A stretch of DNA of 20,133 nucleotides from IMG/VR virus record IMGVR_UViG_3300020160_002689, positions 1-20,133 of that record; one strand, given 5' to 3'. Origin of the DNA: a virus. Taxonomy: Duplodnaviria; Heunggongvirae; Uroviricota; Caudoviricetes. The position numbers and the translations under genes were made by a program. This document shows positions 15,253-20,133 of this stretch, piece by piece. The notes below the pieces were generated by a model, which was given only the letters and a program-made list of their open reading frames with translations, was not told the DNA's origin and made no database searches. Position 1 is the first letter of the stretch; each line of letters opens with the position of its first letter.

Positions 15253-16225
15253 TAGTTACTTCTTCTAATCTTTCTCCAATATTAGAGATAAGATTTTCAT
15301 TATATATTTTGTTGATAAGGTTAGTAACAATATCTCTGTACTCTGGAGCTATTTTAGTTCTTACACCATAATAGTTACTTAGATCTTGTATCTTAACCCA
15401 TTTTGTTTCTAAATCTTTCAAAGCTGATTGACCTGTACCAAAGTTATAATCTGCTAACATAATTGTAGTCATTATACTTGAAGATTCACCTTTATGTCTC
15501 CAGTCAGTGAATTTAGTACTTGTAATATATCTAACATTATTAATGTTTAAATTATTACTTGTTACTTCATTTAGATTTCTTTTTGAAGTTTGTTCAATAC
15601 TATCATCACCATCTTTTACAAAGTCTCCAAGTAAATGGTAATACTTTTCATCTTTATACTTACCTAAAAGTATTTCTCCTTTAAAGTTTTGAACTATTGT
15701 GTTAACAAAAGGTTTAATCTCAGGTTTATGATTAAAAGTTGAGTAAATAACACCAGCTCTAAAATCTTCTGAGTCTAAAGTTTCTCTTGCAATTTCTTTT
15801 CTAATATTTGTTGCATTATAGGTTTCACTTGGTTCAAGTTCAATCACTTCATTAACACCAGAGTAATAAGGAATAAAAGAGTCTCTACTTCCATAGATTA
15901 CAGTTTTTTTCTCACCATAAGGTATTGCAACAATCTTATCTACTTCTTCTGACCACTTTTCATTTGTCTTAGTATCACTAATTGGTAGAATATTCACTAA
16001 AGGAAATTCTTTTTGAATCATTAGTTTTCTACTTGTAAAGTCAAGTGGATTTTTAGTTGTATCAGGCATTTTAGACATACCAAGTAAGATGATTACCTTT
16101 CTGTGGTTTTCTAATGCAAAGTTTATTAAGTCTCTATGACCTTGGTGAAGTTTGTTTGTTTGGAAACGACCAATTATCACTCCAACCTCAAAGTCTTTTG
16201 GATCCATTGTTGGTTTTATTTTCAT
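15233..16225 (-). CDS. NadM-Nudix-type NMN adenylyltransferase with a degenerate Nudix domain
   Basis: GRFQ...HQGH and NPL motifs; SRDSF; NATNIR; Nudix-like C-terminal domain. Confidence 0.85.
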   Translation of the reverse strand: MKIKPTMDPKDFEVGVIIGRFQTNKLHQGHRDLINFALENHRKVIILLGMSKMPDTTKNPLDFTSRKLMIQKEFPLVNILPISDTKTNEKWSEEVDKIVAIPYGEKKTVIYGSRDSFIPYYSGVNEVIELEPSETYNATNIRKEIARETLDSEDFRAGVIYSTFNHKPEIKPFVNTIVQNFKGEILLGKYKDEKYYHLLGDFVKDGDDSIEQTSKRNLNEVTSNNLNINNVRYITSTKFTDWRHKGESSSIMTTIMLADYNFGTGQSALKDLETKWVKIQDLSNYYGVRTKIAPEYRDIVTNLINKIYNENLISNIGERLEEVTNVTYTN

Positions 16226-16246
16226 ATTGTTTTTATTTTAAATTAA

Positions 16247-17116
16247 TTATTCATTTTTAAAAATATACAAGTCTTTAAATGGTTTATAATTATTCTTCAA
16301 TGCTTCTTGTATATTGTGTCTATTAACACCCAGTTTTATTGCAGCATCAGTTCTACTTTCAAATTCTTTAATTAGATTATCAGATATATCATATTGATAT
16401 ATTTTTTTAAATTTACTTTTTGATATTTTACTTTTTGTATCTTCTGAACGTTTTAAATTTTTACCACTTAAAGATATTTTAATTTTAGATTCTTCTGTAT
16501 GTTTTCTACCAACATTAATATTTTTTACTTTTTCAGATATTAGTATTAAATTTTCTAAATATTCTTTTTCAAAAGAACATTCCTTTAAAGTCCAAATATA
16601 GTTATATACCTTTTTATATTTTCCTAAATAACAATTAGATATGTAAGCAGGTACATAGTCTGTATTATCTCTAATCTCTACTAAATTTTTCCACTTTTTT
16701 ATTAATAATCCTGATAAATCATACTGAAAAATAGGTATATCTCTATTTTTATAGTGTTCCTCTAATGATTTAATAATTTTGTTTCTACTTTCTTCTGAAT
16801 ATACACATTTTATATCATTATAACTGGTAAGTTTTAGATTTAATCCAATGTTCTTATTTATAACATTATAAAAGTCTTGCCAATATCTTTCTCTAATTTT
16901 TAATTCTTCAAATTTACACTCTTCAATTATTTCAAATGTGTGAAAACTAACATCATATTTTTTAAATGAGTTATATAGTTTTGTTTGACTTTTACAAGAT
17001 AGTTTTTTATAATCTAACCATCTATTTTTTATATTTTTACTCTCACCAATATAAATTTTACCAGATGGACTAGTTATTTTATAAATACCACATATATTTT
17101 CTGTTAAATGAATCAT
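16247..17116 (-). mobile_element. GIY-YIG (Seg-like) homing endonuclease with NUMOD3/NUMOD1 repeats (likely start 17116)
   Basis: CGIYKIT...KIYIGES; HTEESKIKIS and RSEDTKSKIS; IYQYD...IKEFES; TTAATATATA at 17121-17130. Confidence 0.9.
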
Positions 17117-17154
17117 ATAGTATATATTAAATTCTATATGATTCATAACATAAA

Positions 17155-17457
17155 CTATTGATAAACAGTTATTTCAACTTGTTTTGGTTTTACTATTTTC
17201 CCATATCCTTCATCAAAGTAAGTTCCATCATAAGATGAATACCAACCATCAGTTCTAATGTAAACATCATGCTCTACAAAGTATTGAACTTTATACCAAG
17301 TTGATCCTTTGTCTTCTCCACCATATTTATCAACTACTTTTACTTCACCTAATTCTAATTCCTCAGAACTATAATCTTCATAAGCAAATTCTTGTACACT
17401 CATGTTTGCTTGGATTTTCTCCAAGATTTGTTCACCTGTTAATTTATTGCTTGTCAT
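17155..17457 (-). CDS. Small acidic protein, tandem paralog 4
   Basis: YF..HDVYI...G.YSSYDG...VKPKQVEITVY. Confidence 0.85.
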   Translation of the reverse strand: MTSNKLTGEQILEKIQANMSVQEFAYEDYSSEELELGEVKVVDKYGGEDKGSTWYKVQYFVEHDVYIRTDGWYSSYDGTYFDEGYGKIVKPKQVEITVYQ

Positions 17458-17806
17458 ATACTGTTTGTGTTACTTGTTTAGGAAATACTTGTGTTACTTT
17501 ACTATTATAGTAGTGTTCATATTGACCATATGAATCATATGTACCTGTTATTTTAACATATACATCTTCTACTGGAAAGTGAATTACTGACCAAAACTCT
17601 GATGTATCAGATCTACCTGCTACTTTTTTATATTCTTTTGGAAGACCAACTGATTCTAAATAAGCATCTGCTGTTTCAAATTCACCTTCTTCATCTAACT
17701 CTTCTAAAAGATATTCTTCATCATCAAAACAATCAAAAAGTGCTTTTTGTAATCCTTTATCTTGAATGATTTTAATAATTTCTTCTGCTGTTTGTACTAC
17801 TGCCAT
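17444..17806 (-). CDS. Small acidic protein, tandem paralog 3
   Basis: HF..EDVYV...G.YDSYG...VFPKQVTQTVY. Confidence 0.85.
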   Translation of the reverse strand: MAVVQTAEEIIKIIQDKGLQKALFDCFDDEEYLLEELDEEGEFETADAYLESVGLPKEYKKVAGRSDTSEFWSVIHFPVEDVYVKITGTYDSYGQYEHYYNSKVTQVFPKQVTQTVYDKQ

Positions 17807-18090
17807 ACTGTAATTGTTTTTTCTATTTTTTTAACTTCTTTCATATCTGTCCACTCTTCTCCATCATAAGATGATCTATTACCTGAGAACATAACATTGA
17901 TGTCATATTTCTCAAAGTAGATAACTCTTTCTAAGTCTGTATCTTCATTACCATATGAGTCATAATTAACATCATCATTGTTATCAATTAGTTTACCACC
18001 AAATGATTCTCTGTAAAAATCTTCCATATAATCATAGATAGATTCAAATTTTTCATCAAACTCTTGTTTGAACTCTTCAAATTTTGTCAT
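17797..18090 (-). CDS. Small acidic protein, tandem paralog 2
   Basis: YF..YDINV...G.RSSYDG...VKKIEKTITVW. Confidence 0.85.
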   Translation of the reverse strand: MTKFEEFKQEFDEKFESIYDYMEDFYRESFGGKLIDNNDDVNYDSYGNEDTDLERVIYFEKYDINVMFSGNRSSYDGEEWTDMKEVKKIEKTITVWQ

Positions 18091-18099
18091 ATATTTTAA

Positions 18100-18354
18100 T
18101 TATTTAATTGTTTGATAATCTGTAATTGTTTTTGTTACTGGTTGTACAAATTGTAATTCAGTAAGTTCAGGTTCATTTCCATAAGAGTCAACTTTAATTG
18201 TTTCTTTAAGGAATAGACCATCACCAACATCATAGATGTTTGTTGAACTTGGTCTGAATTCACCATCAGATTCTTTGGCTACAGATTTGTACTTGCTTGA
18301 GAAGTTTCCAATTTTGGAAAGTACTTCATTAATTTTTTTGATTTCAATGTTCAT
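18100..18354 (-). CDS. Small protein, tandem paralog 1
   Basis: DGLFL...VDSYG...VQPVTKTITDY. Confidence 0.8.
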   Translation of the reverse strand: MNIEIKKINEVLSKIGNFSSKYKSVAKESDGEFRPSSTNIYDVGDGLFLKETIKVDSYGNEPELTELQFVQPVTKTITDYQTIK

Positions 18355-19099
18355 ATTTATAATTCTTATTTATTAGTTCTCTATAATTTACTTTAACTGT
18401 TTCCAGGTTTCTATAATTCTCAATTGCAAACATTGCAATATAAGGTGGAAAGTGTTTAATAATATTATCTTTTAATTGTAATTTATATCCTTCTCTCCAG
18501 TGGTTGTTTTTATATCTTTCCCACGCCATTACAGCAGTTTCTTCATATACAACTTTTGTCTTATCTTCATATGAAAGATTATGCCATTTGTTTTCATCTA
18601 ATTCAACTTCTGCACCATCTTTTAAAAGTAGGGTGTACATAGGGATTGGATTGATAAGTGTATGAATATAATCATGTTGGTGAGTATCTTCATTTACAGC
18701 ATTACTAAAGAAATCTTCTTTAGTCATTTGTAAGTTTGATTTCTTAACTTTTTTATGAATATCATTCCAGAATGGGATTAGTTCATCAACAATTTCTTTA
18801 TTGTATTGTATTCCTTTAGAAATAAGGAATTGTACATCAAAGATATGTTTGAACCAGTTAATATCATGGAAAAGGTGAGATATTTTAAGTGACAGAAGTA
18901 ATTCTGGTTTAAGATACCCATCTTTTTGATATTTCAGAATAATTGGATTGTAGAGATATTCTGTGTTATCAGAGTTTTTGTTATCTTCATTAGTGCCTTG
19001 CACTCTGCTTGCAGTATCTACTACATAATCTAAGTCTTTTGGATTTCTTGGGAAATCTGGAAAGAAATTCTTTATTGCTGTTGAGCCTATTATTAACAT
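18344..19099 (-). CDS. Pol-beta-type nucleotidyltransferase-fold protein
   Basis: N-terminal IIGS...PKDLDY (GS/DxD); LSLKISH...WFKH and HDYIH conserved-looking blocks; TAACTTTG box at 19114-19121. Confidence 0.7.
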   Translation of the reverse strand: MLIIGSTAIKNFFPDFPRNPKDLDYVVDTASRVQGTNEDNKNSDNTEYLYNPIILKYQKDGYLKPELLLSLKISHLFHDINWFKHIFDVQFLISKGIQYNKEIVDELIPFWNDIHKKVKKSNLQMTKEDFFSNAVNEDTHQHDYIHTLINPIPMYTLLLKDGAEVELDENKWHNLSYEDKTKVVYEETAVMAWERYKNNHWREGYKLQLKDNIIKHFPPYIAMFAIENYRNLETVKVNYRELINKNYKYEH

Positions 19100-19133
19100 G
19101 TTTTATTTTTTTACAAAGTTAATGAAAAATTAT

Positions 19134-20133
19134 TTATTTTACACTATTAATTAGTTCAATTTCTTCTTTAGTTAATTCAAAATATTCAAATAGTGTTTCA
19201 TCTGTCCAAGTTATTGATAAATCTATTTTTGGGAAAATTTTTATATTTTTTTCATCAGAAAATCCATTCAGTCTAAATTGTGTTAGCCAGTATTTAACTA
19301 TTTTACTTTCTATAATTGATTTAAAATTATTAAATTCTAGTTCATTTTCAATTTCAATATAACATATATTATCAGTTAATAAATAGTTTCCTGTACTATC
19401 ATAAGATGGACATAAATATCCACTTCTATTCATTACTATTTTCTTTTTACTATCTGAAAAGTCTCTATCTATGAAGTATAATTTACCTGGAAATGGGTTA
19501 GATTTATTAATACCATCAATAACAGGAAATATATGAGTTTCTGTTATTAGTTTGGTTACTAAACCATCATCAACTTGTTTTTTTCTTATTCTTAGTTCTC
19601 TATTTTTATTAGCTAATGGAATTGACATTACTTTAATATCAAAAAAGTCTTTATTTTTTCTTAACTTTTCAATTATTGTAATATCATTCTTAGATAATCT
19701 ATTTGGTATACTTTTTCCTTTTTCTAAAAGAATATGTGACTCTTCCTCTTTCTTATCAAATAGAAATTTAATTTTAGTTTTTCTTGTGTATAATTCTTTT
19801 TGTATAAGAAAATATGCAAATGTTGATCCAACCCCTTTAAAGTAAACACTTGGTGTGTCTATTGCTAAATAATGAACTTGATAGAAGTTATCAAAGTAGG
19901 TTCTATTTTTATCACACTGTAGTATATAATCTATTATATTTTTTGGAGTTACAAATAGTAGGAATTTGTTGTCATTAAGTATTTTAATTGATTTTCTACT
20001 AAAGTCTAGGTATAATTTATTATCACCTGTAGCATCACTTGTTTGATATGGTGGATTTCCAATAACAATATCAAATTTATCAACATTCCAAATATTTTTC
20101 ATATGGTAGTCAAATCCTTCTTCTAAGAAGGAA
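19134..20133 (-). CDS. N6-adenine DNA methyltransferase (Eco57I/TaqI-like), 5'-truncated by the window edge
   Basis: FDIVIGNPPY motif IV; frame stays open upstream of ATG 20102 (SFLEEGFDYH) to the window end; SAM-binding motif I presumably outside. Confidence 0.85.
   Translation of the reverse strand, partial: SFLEEGFDYHMKNIWNVDKFDIVIGNPPYQTSDATGDNKLYLDFSRKSIKILNDNKFLLFVTPKNIIDYILQCDKNRTYFDNFYQVHYLAIDTPSVYFKGVGSTFAYFLIQKELYTRKTKIKFLFDKKEEESHILLEKGKSIPNRLSKNDITIIEKLRKNKDFFDIKVMSIPLANKNRELRIRKKQVDDGLVTKLITETHIFPVIDGINKSNPFPGKLYFIDRDFSDSKKKIVMNRSGYLCPSYDSTGNYLLTDNICYIEIENELEFNNFKSIIESKIVKYWLTQFRLNGFSDEKNIKIFPKIDLSITWTDETLFEYFELTKEEIELINSVK

Noticed and set aside
19134-20102. Methyltransferase lacking its SAM-binding motif
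   Set aside because: The frame is open to the window edge, so the gene is truncated rather than defective
1-20133. Stop-codon reassignment with a suppressor tRNA
   Set aside because: Genes translate full-length under code 11 and no CTA, TCA or TTA anticodon was found

Overview
AT-rich segment of a large, probably T4-like (jumbo) myophage genome with a Bacteroidota host. Evidence: a gp14-like neck protein, four free-standing homing endonucleases, Bacteroidota-type TAnnTTTG promoters, and a recurring TTAATATATA motif that is probably a phage promoter. Auxiliary genes include 5'-nucleotidase, Ham1-like pyrophosphatase, CoaD, NadM-Nudix, a PolB-type exonuclease, GNAT, M28 peptidase, a 2OG-Fe(II) oxygenase, a nucleotidyltransferase followed by four tandem paralogs, and a truncated adenine methyltransferase. 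Two minus-strand tRNA arrays lie at 6974-8518 (Asn/Ile/Val/Cys/Thr) and 9011-9644 (Arg/Leu). Main observation: each array is preceded by tandem promoters, a 29-33 aa leader ORF missing from the ORF track, and an intrinsic terminator. Each leader is enriched in codons for the amino acids of its own array and carries a segment complementary to the terminator's 5' arm. This is the layout of a ribosome-sensing attenuator controlling phage tRNA supply. A third such cassette lies at 31-250. The arrays also hold two 81-nt arm-rearranged tRNAs with the same architecture, three A34 tRNAs, several long-variable-arm variants and one 104-nt tRNA-like element. All structures were read by eye; no folding or database search was run.
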